DNA of 63,670 bases from Chiloscyllium plagiosum. Its lineage: Eukaryota. Below, piece by piece: positions 51,360-63,569 of the stretch. The notes beneath the pieces were generated by a model, which was not told where the DNA came from, did not search any database, and worked only from the letters and a program-made list of their open reading frames with translations. Each line of letters opens with the position of its first letter. Within the stretch, counting starts at the first letter, position 1. The translations under genes were made by a program, and so were the position numbers. The stretch is taken from NCBI RefSeq assembly GCF_004010195.1, contig NC_057719.1, positions 12,096,332-12,160,001 of the forward strand. The letters run 5' to 3'.

Positions 51360-53563
51360 CTACAATACACACAAATCCAGATAGGCATGGCAAATTGCCA
51401 ACACACAAAATACGTTAGTTACTGAATTATACAACTTTTTTTGAAAAGTGCTCTTACCATCAGCGTTCTACCAGAGAAAAGTCAGTTTAACCTTAAAAAT
51501 ACATATTAATCAATTTCCTTTTTGTTAGATGTAAAACCACAAAATGTCACAGCATGAAAACGCCATTTGTGCCCTCACAGTTGCCAACTCTCAAAAAGAG
51601 CTATTCATGTCATCCATTCCTCTCCACAATACCTGTTCCATTTTTTGCTCTTTTCAAATATTTACTCTTCTCCCCTTTTAAACATTAACTTGAATTCTGC
51701 TTCCACCCACATTCAGTAGTGAAAATGTCTTTTAACTATGTCTGTTTCAACCGCCTGAGAGAGGTTATGATATGTCTGCTGCACAGAGGATACCAATCAG
51801 TCAAATGTGCCTGTACAAGCTTCTTATGACAGCAATCTAATCCCTTTGTTCTGCATTTATCCCGTAATATTTTAAAATACTCATCAATCTTCTAAAAGTT
51901 AAATGGATCTCTGATTCAATCACACCCTGTAGCAACATATTTCACACTTTAATAATTTCCTCTAAAAAAAATGTCCTGGCTTCTGTCCTTAATCTCATTG
52001 ACAATTATAATTTATGACTCTTTCTCAATGCTTTCTTGACCAGAGGAAATTGTATTTCCTTGCTTCATCAGAAATACTTCAGAATTTTAATAACCTCTAT
52101 TGTTTCTACTCCGCCTTCTCCATGTCAATTGAAAAGGTTCTCAGTATCTGAAGCCTCTCTCAAAGAATGAAAAAGCACAGGGTGCTATTTAGCCATCATG
52201 CCTGCGCAAAATGGTTTCCTGGGTGTTATGTATATTTATTCTTGAATTCTGTGGATATAATTTCCACTATGAGTGCAAATTGCTCTCAAGATTACACCAT
52301 AAATGCTGCAGATTTATTCTATGTTCAAGATTTTACTCAAACTCCTCTGTATACTTGGAAAATGGTCCATGAATCAGCACAATTGGGCAGCACTTTAAAA
52401 TGCTATAGCTTTTCAAATAATGTTCCCCGAAGTATTTCGAAGTGATAATCTGGTGTTGTTTTATTGATATAACTGAAAATTGGTTTATTACCAAATATAA
52501 ACATTTGAGTTCCACCACCTGTAAATAGCCAGATTTTAAAGAACTGAAATTCGTAAAAACTATACAGAGCCACTTACTAGTTTCATTGGTGTAATGCAAA
52601 TGGTTTCAAAAGAAATTAAATATTTTAATACATACCAGCTTTTTAAAAACCTGCTTATCTCTGCTCTTGCACACAAAATTAAAACTAAGAATCACCTTGA
52701 AGGCCAGAAAAGTGGAGAGATTATTGAAAACTCACAATGTCGATTAATTCAATCTGGGACAGCCAATTTGTGGGCGGAGTTGATTTCCAGCTAAAATTTC
52801 TTTAAGACAGTGTTAAGTTTTAGTTGATTTTAAGTTTAAGGAAATGCCAATCCTGCTCAATGCCAGTTACGTTTCTGTAACTTAAGCACCCTGAGATATT
52901 TCATTCCTTTAAAGGCACTATATAAATGGAAGCTGTTGTGTTGACACAATGCTGATTTGATCAATTTTGGGTGATTCACTGGAATTTGGCTGGAAATAAC
53001 TGTCACCTAGGTAAAACTCCAGCTTGAAGTTTCAGTTTATGCTTGTACAGAGAACTGACAGCACCATCTAGGGGTAAAACAAAAACTTGCAATGTAAGTT
53101 TCAATTTAACTCGTAGTAGTGCCATTGTGTGGAGGAAGTAGGATTAGCAATTATCACTAGTGTTAACAACACTACTGATTGACTTCAGTAATGGAGCATT
53201 GCAGCATGACAATTCATGGCAAGGTAGACATTTCCATGAGATATGTGGTCACATGATTGGAGGTACTGGCTTAGAAAATATTGATGATGAAGGTTGCTGG
53301 CTTAAAGTCCTGCAACTCCCTTACAAACAGCATTGTATCTTAACTTATGCCAGAAGAATTGCAGTGGGTCAAGGAGGCAATTCAGCATCACCTTCTCTTT
53401 GGCAGTAAGTAATACACAACAAATGCTGGCCAAGCCAGCGCTAACCACATCCTCAAACAACTTACATGAAAGAGTCCTGAATTTAAGGTTAAGCATTTGA
53501 GGTAATTAATTAGGAAAGAGATTATTATTAGCTTGAAATATTCATATAATCCTCTTTCAAATA

Positions 53564-55564
53564 GTGTGTGGTGCCGGAAAAGCACAGCAGGTCAGGCAGC
53601 ATCCAAGGAACAGGAGAATTGACGTTTCAGGCATAAACTCTTCATCAGGAATGAGGTGGGCGGAGCACCTGAGANNNNNNNNNNNNNNNNNNNNNNNNNN
53701 NNNNNNNNNNNNNNNNNNNNNNNNNNNNNNNNNNNNNNNNNNNNNNNNNNNAGGAAACTGGTGAAGTCAATGTCAATGCCGTGTGGTTGGGTTCCAAGGT
53801 GGAAGATGAGGCGTTCTACCTCCAATCGTCGGGTGGCTTGAATTTGGTGGTGGAGGCCGCCCAGGGCCTGCATATCCTTGGGGGAGTGGGAGGGGAAGTG
53901 GGAGGGGGAGTTGAAGTGGTCAGCCACAAGGCGGGAGGGTTGTTTGGTGCTTGTGTCCCAGAGATGTTCCCTGAAACATTCCACAGGTTGGCATCCTATC
54001 TCCCTAATGTAGAGGAGATCACATTGATGGACACTGTAGATGAGGCGTTTGAAAATGCAGGAAAATCTCTGCCAGATGTTGAAGATGTTGAGAATGGGGC
54101 CTTGAATGGAGGTGATGGGGGAGGTATGGGCACAGGCTTTGCACCTCTTGTGGCGGCAAGGGAAGGTGTGGGCCCAATGAGGGAGTCGCGGAGGGAATGG
54201 TCTCTGCGGAATGCAGAGGGGTGGAGAGGGAAATATATCTCTGGTGATGGGGTCTGATTGTAGGTGGCAGAAACAGCGGAGGATAATGCGCTCTATGGCA
54301 GAAATTGTGGTGGATAATGCGCTATATGGCAGAGGATAATACGTTGTATTTCGCAACCCACAATCAGACCCACCACCAGAAATATATTTTTGTCGCCTCC
54401 CCAAACTGCATTCTGCAGAGATCATTCCTTCCACAAGTCCCTTGTTAGGTCCACCTCCATCAACCCATGCCAAACCACCCTCCACTCTCAACACTTTCCC
54501 TTGAGGCACATTAGGTGTAAAACCTGCGCCCGCACCTCCCCCATTACCTTCATCCAAGGCCCCAAAGGATTCTTCCATATCCAGCAGAGATTTTCCTGCA
54601 CAATGGGGCAGCACAGTGTTTAACACCACTGCCTCACAGCGCCAGGGACTTGGGTTCGATTTCCGCCTCAGATGACTGTGTGTGTGGAGTTTGCACATTC
54701 TCCCCATGTCTGCATGGGTTTCCTCCAGGTGCTCTGGTTTCCTCCCACAATCCAAAGATGCACAGGCCAGGTTAATTGGCCATGCTAAACTGCCCATTGT
54801 AATAGGTGCATTAGTCAGGGGTACCCATAGGGTAGGGGAATGGGTCTGGGTGGGTTACTCTTTAGATGGTCAGTGTGGACTTGTTGGCCCAAAGGGCCTG
54901 TTTCCATACTGTAGGGAATCTAATCTAATCTAATCATCCAAACACCTCATCTACTGTGTCCGTTGCTCTTGATGTGATCTCCTCTACATTGAGGAGACAG
55001 GACACCAACTCGCAGAATGTTGCAGGGAACATCTCTGGGACGCGTGCATCAAACAACCCCACTGTCCTGTGGCCAACTCCCTCTCCCACTCTACCAAGGA
55101 CATGCAAGTCCTGGGCCTTCTCCATCACCAAATCAAAGCCACCTGACCACTGGAGAAAGATCGCCTCATCTTCTGCTTTGTGACCCTCCAAACACATTGC
55201 ATCAAGGTAGATTTCACTAGTTTGCAAATCTCCCCTCCCCCACCTCATCCCAGATTCAACCCTCCAACTTGGCACTGTCCTCTTGAACTGTCCTACCTGT
55301 CCATCTTCCTTACCACCTATCTGCTCCACTATCCTCTCAGACGTGTCACCATCACACACCCCCCTCACTTGCATCGACCTATCACCTTCCCAGCTACCAT
55401 CCCCCCAGCCCCGCTCCCTCCCATTTATCTCTCAGCCCCCTTCCCCCACCGCCAACATTCCTGACGAAGGGCTTACTCCAGCTCTATAGATGCTGCCTGA
55501 CCTGTGCTTTTCCTGCACCACACTTTTCGATTCTAATCTCCAGCATCTGCAGTCCTCACTTTCT
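53564..55564. mobile_element. Penelope element with two oppositely oriented GIY-YIG halves and a nested HE1 SINE (54605-54933)
   Basis: Minus-strand PLE 53564 to about 54340 and plus-strand PLE about 54340-55564; terminal repeats at both ends; possible imperfect 12-bp TSD. Confidence 0.8.
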
Positions 55565-55589
55565 CTCTATCAAGTAAGTGAAACACAGA

Positions 55590-56045
55590 AAACAAGAACA
55601 GGACCGGGCTCTTCAAGCCTGCCCCACCATTCATTGTGATCATGGCTGACCATTCATTTCAGTATCCTGTTCCTGCTTTCTTCCCATACCCTTCATCCCT
55701 TTTAGCCTAAGAACTATATCTAAGTCCTTCTTGAAAACATTCAATGTTTTGGCCTCAACCACTTTCTGTGATAGAGAATTTGAAATCTCACCACTCTCTG
55801 AAGAAATTTCTCGTCAAATCAGTTTTAAATGGCCTAACTGTATTTTTAGACTGTGACTCCCTCCAGTCATAGGGAACATCCTTTCACTTACTCTGTCTGG
55901 TCATGTTAGAATTCGATGAGATGATCTATGATTGGAGAGCCACCCCCTCATCCTACTAAATTCCAAGAAGTACACACCAAATCAATCTAGTCTCTCTTCA
56001 TACATCAATCCTGCCACCCCGGGAATCAATCTGGTAAACCTTTAG
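55590..56045 (-). mobile_element. CR1 3' fragment
   Basis: Similar to 15805-16305. Confidence 0.65.
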
Positions 56046-56317
56046 TACAGGCTCTCCAAGTAGAAATGTGCTGAGAGTTCACTTTATCATGCCACTGAAG
56101 ATACACGCCAACCAGTTATCTTCACTCAACAGGGTAGGACGAATACAGTCCTGTAAATTCAGTGAGCCTTTCTAAGCAAGTACTGTTATAAACCGTCCCA
56201 CTGTACAGTCACATATCTCTCAACTGTAAATGCAGTTTCATCTACAAACTGCACTGTTCATTTCAGGTAACCTGTTTGTACTGTGCAGGGCACACAGTTC
56301 ATCTGCCTTTGCATGAC

Positions 56318-56479
56318 CAAGTCAAAAGGTGTGGCGCTGGAAAAAAACAGCTGATCAGGCAGCTTCTGAGGAGCAGGAGAATCGACTCTCCTGCCCTTCG
56401 GATGCTGCTTGACTGGCTGTGCTTTTCCTGTGCCACACCTTTTGACTCTGGTCTCCAGGATCTGAAGTCCTCACTTTGA
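56318..56479. mobile_element. Palindromic Penelope-terminal element with perfect 12-bp TSD
   Basis: CCTTTGCATGAC at 56306-56317 and 56480-56491; arms AGTCAAAAGGTGTGGC / GCCACACCTTTTGACT. Confidence 0.85.
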
Positions 56480-56801
56480 CCTTTGCATGACAAAGGTGAC
56501 TAGACACTAAAAACGTTCAGGCATCCTAACCAACCTCAACTTAAACACCTCTGTGACCCCCCCTTAGAAACGTGCAAACATTGAAACTGATTGTAACTCT
56601 CCTATCCCTGCTTTCCCAGTGTTGACATTGCACTACTCCATGCAAAGTTATGATTGCATATGGAATATTACTGGTGTGTATAAGCCCAGTTGCTAAGCCA
56701 CCAGAAGTGAATGGTACCTTGCTGATAAAAATTGGCCAAGGATTTCAGTTCTCAATACTGGTCCCTAGTTACTATAACATGGAAGTTAAACAAGTACATA
56801 C

Positions 56802-56835
56802 CTTTGCTTAATGATTTTTTCAAAAAGATCAAAAC
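56802..56835 (-). CDS. VIPAS39: VIPAS39 exon (VLIFLKKSLSK)
   Basis: ttacag/GTATGT, 34 nt, phase 0-1. Confidence 0.92.
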
Positions 56836-57120
56836 CTGTAAGAAATAATTTGAGAAAGCTTTCGTAAATATTGACCCTAGTTACAATAAACATTAAAATC
56901 AGATAATTAAACAAGCTTCTCTATCATCCGTGAGCGAAAAACTGAACGAATGCTGTTCAATAAGAATATAATTATCCCACTCACCTTCAAAATATTACAT
57001 ATAGTGGACAATCTGTATTACAAGCTCCTCACTACTTCACATCCTTCCTCCCCTCAAATGCCAACTTGCAAACTGAAATATAAATTCTTTACTTCATTGG
57101 CATTGCAACCATCCTTCAGA

Positions 57121-57247
57121 TGATTGTGAAGGAGCAGGGCTCCGAAAGCTAGAGCTTTCAAATAAACCTGTTGGACTATAACCTGGTGTTATGTGATTTT
57201 TAACTTTGTACACCCCAGTCCAACACCGGCACCTCCAAATCATGACT
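57121..57247 (+). mobile_element. Short Penelope-terminal element (GGAGC/GCTCC stem family)
   Basis: TGA-A-GGAGC-AGG-GCTCC-GAAAGCTAG; tail shared with 21151-21282. Confidence 0.7.
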
Positions 57248-57776
57248 TTAAATTTTGTGATGACCCTGGGAATAGCCAGGCTTGATTTCTAGCACGTTAA
57301 CCCAGTGACACTTTGTCATCATGGTCTGGGTATCATCTGGCTCACAGTTAAAAAACATATGTGGAGTATTAATTAACACCTCAGGTATGCCTCATGCCTC
57401 CATTTGTAAATACCTTTTCTTGTCCCTAATTGACCCCTTTTACCACCTATCTACTCCTTACCTGCTCATGGAGGCATTGGGATTTCCCTTTATGTTAGCC
57501 ATGAATGTTTTTCTCATAACAACTCTGCTTTCAACTTAACCAGGACGTTGTTGGGTGATCAGTCTCTGATTATGCATTGACTACAGCAGAACCAACTGAG
57601 TGGAGATACATATCTAAGGACATCAGATTTTGTCATGATTGCTGCACGGAGCCAAAGCACAGCAAGAACAATTTGTTCATACCTAAAATGCACCTTTAAC
57701 ACTGTGAAGCATCACAAAGCCCTTCGCAGCAGAGTCATGAAACAAAATTTGAGAACCAGCCACCAAAGAGCTCTTA

Positions 57777-58501
57777 GCTGAAAAATGTGTTGCTGGAAAA
57801 GCGCAGCAGGTCAGGCAGCATCCAAGGAGCAGAAGAATCGACGTTTCGGGCACAAGCCCTTCTTCACGAATGAGGAAGATGTGCCAAGCAGGCTAAGATA
57901 AAAGGTAGGGAGGAGAGACTTGGAGGAGGGGCGTTGGGAATGCGATAGGTGGAAGGAGGGTAAGGTGAGGGTGATAGGCCGGAGAAGGGGTGGGGGCGGA
58001 GAGATCGGGAAGAAGATTGCAGGTCAAGAAGGTGGTGCTGAGTCCAAGGGTTGGGACTGAGATAAGGTGGGGGGANNNNNNNNNNNNNNNNNNNNNNNNN
58101 NNNNNNNNNNNNNNNNNNNNNNNNNNNNNNNNNNNNNNNNNNNNNNNNNNNNNNNNNNNNNNNNNNNNNNNNNNNNNNNNNNNNNNNNNNNNNNNNNNNN
58201 NNNNNAGTGAGGGGGGAGGTGTGGGCGCAAGTTTTGCATTTCTTGCGGTTGCAGGGAAAGGTGCCTGGAGTGGAGGTTGGGTTGGTGGGAGGTGTGGACC
58301 TGACGAGGGAGTCGCGGAGGGAGTGGTCTTTCCGGAATGCTGATAGGGGAGGGGAGGGAAGTATATCCTTGGTGGTGGGGTCTGTTTGGAGGTGGCGGAA
58401 ATGACAAAGGATGATACGATGTATCTGGAGGTTGGTGGGTTGCTTTTCCAGCAACACATTTTTCAGCTCTGATCTCCAGCATCTGCAGTCCTCACTTTCT
58501 C
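57777..58501 (-). mobile_element. Truncated Penelope element with inverted terminal repeat and imperfect 17-bp TSD
   Basis: PLE ORF fragment (FPCNRKKCKTCAH); CCACCAAAgAgCTCTTA at 57760-57776 and CCACCAAAtAcCTCTTA at 58502-58518; N gap 58076-58205. Confidence 0.85.
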
Positions 58502-58736
58502 CCACCAAATACCTCTTAAACAGATAAACAGGGAGCAGATAGTTGGGATAAACTGGTGAGCTTTAAGGTGCATCTGAAAAGAGGAGAGACACAGTGAGAG
58601 TGAGTGAGAAAAGTTTAAATATCCCAGTCAGGCCGAAATATCCCTAACACTCTCACTATTCTCCATCAGACTGAGATTCACACTGTATTCAGCAAAAGAA
58701 ATCATAAACCAAGTGGTGTTTCCAATAAGCACTCAC

Positions 58737-58829
58737 TGCAGTGATGACATTTCCATCGTGTGTACGAACAGCTTCATCCACGAGATGTAGTTTCTCATTC
58801 AAGGAGCGAAACCTCTCTAAGGAGTACAT
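58737..58829 (-). CDS. VIPAS39: VIPAS39 exon ([31 protein letters not shown])
   Basis: tttcag/GTGAGT, 93 nt; SLERFRSL...HDGNVITA motif. Confidence 0.95.
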
Positions 58830-59244
58830 CTGAAAAACAAATTGGTACACAATCAGCAAAAATAAATGCTGGTTTCATAAAGATAGAAACAATGTATGTG
58901 GATGTGTGTAAATGTCAGAGAGGAAGAGGGCAACTACATTTCATTTAGTTCAAGCTTTCTCCAACTAATTTAAGTACTCTGTTTTCAATGTTTTCGTTCA
59001 CAACCTATTGGCTCTCTACTGCAACATGCCCCAGCAATTGGTTCACTACAATCAGTCATAGTTCTGGAGGTGAAGCAAGAATGAAACAATGTGACCAACA
59101 ATCCCAGGAAATAAATCATCTGTGAATGTTGGTTAGTCTCAGCTATCATGGTCTCCACCCTACCCTACTATTCCATTCCCCCTGCAATCCCTCTTGAAAA
59201 GAACGTTTCCTGTAGACACACAGCATCCTGCTTACACTTTATTT

Positions 59245-59900
59245 TTTATACTCACTCTTGGGATGTGGATGACATTAGCTGGCCAGCATTTATTACCCAT
59301 GTCTAGGTGCCCTTGAGAAGGACAAGCTGTCTTCTTGAAATGCTGCAGTCCATGTGCTTAGCTAGATCCACAATGACATTAGGGAGGAAATTCCAGGATC
59401 TTGACCCAGTGACACTGATGGATTGGGGTATATTTCAAAGTCAGGATGGTAAGTGGCTTGGAGGAGAACTTGCAGGAGGTGTTGTTCCCATGTATCTGCT
59501 GCGCTCACTTTTCTAAATGATAGTGGTCATAGGTTTGGACAATGGTGTCAACGGAGTCTTGATGAATTGCCATATTGCGTCTTTTAGACAGTAGGGGTCT
59601 CAACTTCTTCAGTGTTGCTGGCACTGCATCCAATCAGGCAAATGGGGAATATTCCATCATACTTCTCACTCGTGCCTTGTAGATGGTGGACAGGTTTTAG
59701 AGAGTCAGGAGATTAGTTACTCACTGGACAATTCCTAGACTCTGACCTACTCTTGTATCACAATAGTTATATGGCTAATATTGTTGTTTATGATCCATGG
59801 TTACCACTAGGATGTTCACTGTGGGGATACAGCAATGATCATGCCTTTGAATGGTTAGATTCTCTCTGGTTGGAAACGTTCGCTGTGTCATAGATTTATA
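59245..59900 (-). mobile_element. Degraded LINE 3' fragment (related pieces at about 7440-7660 and 46925-47230)
   Basis: Shared 3' UTR-like sequence among the three loci; remnant RT C-terminal motifs. Confidence 0.6.
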
Positions 59901-60003
59901 ATGACACTGGGGAAAGGGAGTGGCAAGTCCCTGGTGTCAATGACACTATATCACAAAGAAAGAAGTAGACTGCAAAAGAATCTTTGTCAGTATTTCACCA
60001 TAC

Positions 60004-60060
60004 CCTGCCTTTCTGCATCTGTCTAACTGTCTCCAGTGGACTCCAATCAATTGAAATGTC
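60004..60060 (-). CDS. VIPAS39: VIPAS39 internal exon (DISIDWSPLETVRQMQKGR)
   Basis: cacag/GTATGG, 57 nt; matches SPE-39 DYSNDWSPSDTVRRLRKGK; no further upstream exon found, so these presumably lie beyond the window end. Confidence 0.9.
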
Positions 60061-60719
60061 CTGTGAAGAGAAAGCAGGAAACTCAAGGTGAAGCACCAGT
60101 CAGAATCAAAACAGAACAAGCTACACAAAAACATAATGAGTTCGCAGCCAACTCCTTTAATGTCAAATCTTTCATTATTCATTGACAGGATGTGAATGTC
60201 GCCAGGAGGGCCGGTATTTCCTGCCCAATCCTAAATACTTTTGAGAAGATGGTGGTGAGGCACACTCCATTGTGTGTAGAATAGCTTCTTATTCCATATT
60301 TTGTCAATGAACTGAATTCAAATTTCCAATGGAGAGATCAGTGCTCTAGATCATTGGTTCAGGTGTTTGATAATTGTCCAGTAAAATAATCACCACATTA
60401 CAAATGCCACAATAAGCAGCATTCATTAAAAATAAATTCTTAAAGGGCAAGGTATGTGGAAGAAAAGCACATTTCCACATATCTGTCTGTTGTTTATAGC
60501 CTAAAAACATTCAATGAATAGAAGTACAAATAATCATCATTTTTGTTGCTATGTCTAGCTTTGCTTTCTGTACTATTGTGGAGAAAAGATTCATCTTGAA
60601 GTTATGCAGCACATTTATATTATTCTTCCATGGGATATGGGAGCCTCTGGCTAGGCCAGCATTTGTTGTCCATCCCTAAATGCTTTTCAACTGAATGGAT
60701 TGCAAGGCCATTTCAGAGG

Positions 60720-60958
60720 ACACAAAGAAATAATATAGAAATCACTGGAAAGACTCAGCAGGTCCGGGAGCATCTGTGGAGAGAAATCAGAGTTAATGTT
60801 TCGGGTCGAGTCACCCTTCTGGAGTTCCAAGGAAGGGTCACTCGATCAGATACATTAACTCTGACTGCTCTACACAAATGCGGCCAGACCTGCTTAGCTT
60901 TTCCAGCAAGTTCAATTTTTATCTCTGATTTATAATATCTGCAGTTCCTTCGGTTTTT
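60720..60958. mobile_element. Palindromic Penelope-terminal element (GGGTC/GACCC stem family)
   Basis: CAGAGTTAATGT...CCCTTC / GAAGGG...ACATTAACTCTG inverted arms. Confidence 0.75.
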
Positions 60959-60984
60959 ACTTAAAGAGTCAACCACCTTACTTC

Positions 60985-61380
60985 AGAATGGGGATAGACT
61001 GAAGAAGTTCGGACTGTATTCCTCAAGAGATGATTGAGAAAAGATTTGAAAGAGATTTTCAAAATCATAAGTGGGCTCGACAGAGCAGATCGGAAGAATC
61101 TGTTCCCGCTCATATAAGGAAGAAAATAAAAGAGGGCATAGATTTAAAGTGATGTGGAAACGCCCAAGGGTAATGTGTGAAAAAAGATTCATATGCTGAG
61201 CAACGATATGGAATGCACTCCTTGAAAACGTGACAAAGGCAGGTTCAAGAGGGCACTGGATGATTATCTGGATAGAAAAGGTGTGCAGGGATATGGAGTA
61301 AAGGCAGCAGATTGGTACTAGGTAATAGAACTGATGCAGGAATGATGGGCCAAACAGCCTCCAGTTGAATGTTTCTGTAG
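60985..61380 (+). mobile_element. Old CR1 3' fragment
   Basis: Degraded CR1 C-terminal and 3' region. Confidence 0.6.
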
Positions 61381-62406
61381 ATCTGCAGACACATACAGCA
61401 CAGCCCATATGATGACAGCAAATTTCCTGCCCTAGTGGACACTAGAAAACCTGATGAGTTTTTACAATAATTGATGATAATTGTCAGTGTCAGCTTTGCA
61501 AACGTTAATGCTGATGGCTCGGGTTAATTGATTGATTGAAGATGCAAATCTAAAGAAGAAACAAGCAGATCTCCATACACCTCAGCCAGAAGATCTGGGT
61601 TCAGGTCCCACCTGCCATAGAGGTATACCTTAACATGTCTGAACTGGTATACTGCATTTAATTTTATTTTAAGGTGGGGGTTTTGTTTGGGGCAGGTGGC
61701 AGTAAGTGCGGTAGAAGCTGGGTAACTAATGGTCACTAAATTCTACCCATAAAGAAAAGTTATCTTGAGTTGCATTCCTCAAACAGGCTTAGATCCAAGT
61801 TAACATTGGTAGCAGAGGATGTTTGTCTAAAGGTGAAGATTGAGAATTAGGACTTTTACTTTTAACACATTCTGTGACAGAGATCTTCAGTCATAATTTT
61901 TAAGATTGTTTTGGATAAGGAAAAGAAGGCCCGCAGATGGAAGTACTAACATGGAGGAAGACTTATTTCATTAATATTAGACAGAAATTAGGGAAGTTAC
62001 ATTGGGGGCAGTCGTTTGAAGGTAACTCTACATCGAAAACGTGGGAGTCTTTTAAGGGCCAGTTGATTAGAGTTATGGGCCAGCATGTTCTGTGAGATTG
62101 AAAGATAAGAATGGAAAGATTCAGGAATCCTGAATGACAAGACAGATTGAAATTGAATCAAAAAGAGAAAGGAAACATGTGTAAGCTACAAGGAACTGAA
62201 AGCAGACAAGGCCCTTAAGGAAGGAAAGGAAGCAGTAAAAATCTTAAACAAGAAATTCAGAGGGCTAAAAGGAACCAAATAATGTCCTGGACAAGTAGAA
62301 TCCCAAAAGCCTGATGGGTCAAAGACCCTATTTCTGTGTAGTTTTCTATTCTTTATTCTTAGATGTGAGGCTATAATTTGAGTTACTTTTAATAATAACT
62401 GAAAGG

Positions 62407-63063
62407 TGTGATAATGCTTCTCCTTTAATAGGTTATTTTGTCCTTGTTTTCTATTTCAGAGAGATTGTAAAAGGCAGAGGCTCTGAAAAGTCTAAGTTTG
62501 AAGTGTTTTGGGGCAGTTTGATTATCGCTAACAGATACTGCCGGAGGCAAAAGGCTTTCAAGTTTATAAAAAACACTTGTATGATGAAAGGGGAGTGGCC
62601 AGTTCTCCCAGCTCAGCTCTTCTTTAGTTTTGGCAGTTTGGCTATTCCCTGAAAGCAGTCAGGCAGTTTGAGGCTGCTGGCCCAAGAAACTGCTAAATGA
62701 AAGAAGCAGTTCCATGCTGATCCCTCTCTTTGACTTCTCTCCTGTAAGACCTGTGTTTGATTTGACATTTTTAGCCAAGGGGGGTTTATGAGGATTGTTG
62801 CAAGTATTTGAAACAGCATCATTAAGTTGGGACGATCATTTGCATTTCTGGATAGGTTAAGTTATTCAATATTCTGTTCTTCTTTGTTTGTGTTTCATTC
62901 AGTAACCTTGGAAGTATATACTGTTTTGTTTAACAATAAGGGGTTTGACCAGCTGCATCTCTCCTGGAATATCCATATTACACCTGCTTAAAACGACTAG
63001 CAAAATTCAAGTCTGGGCTACATTCTTGAAATGTTTTGAGGGGATCTGGCCTAGTTCATAACA
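62407..63063. mobile_element. Probable solo LTR of a second family
   Basis: TGTGAT...ATAACA termini, about 660 bp; TSD ambiguous. Confidence 0.45.
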
Positions 63064-63129
63064 AGGTGTCAAGATAATATTTCCAGCACTGTTTCATGAA
63101 GCTGAAACCGATTATTATGAAAAAAATGA

Positions 63130-63465
63130 ATTTATTGGAGCGTAGGAGGTTGAGAAGAGAATCATGAAGCACATAGATAGTGTTAATGGTAGGTGTCTTT
63201 TCCCAGGATAAGGGATTTCAAGACTAGGCAGTACATTTTTAAGGTGATAGCAGAGTGATTTAAAGAAGACATGGGGGAAAATCTTTTACACAGAGGATTG
63301 TTCACATATGGAATGAATTTCCTAAAGAAGTGGTGAATGCAGATACAGTTACAGCGTTTAAAAGACACTATGGAAGTATACGAATAGGATAGGTTTGGAG
63401 GGATGTGGACCAGGAGCATGCAGGTGGGACTAGTTTAGTTTGGGATTCTGTACGGTATGGAGCTT
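63130..63465 (+). mobile_element. CR1 (HER1-like) 3' fragment
   Basis: Similar to 32975-33340. Confidence 0.8.
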
Positions 63466-63569
63466 GTTCAAGGAACAGCTACTGCGTGTCCTTGATAAAT
63501 ATGTACTTGTCATGCAGGGAGGAAGTGGTCGAGCAAGGGAACCGTGGGTTACTAAAGAAGTCGAATCTC

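Noticed and set aside
60961..61030. Possible further VIPAS39 exon at a CTTAC (minus-strand donor-like) site
   Set aside because: The adjacent sequence is a plus-strand CR1 fragment and shows no recognisable SPE-39 similarity.
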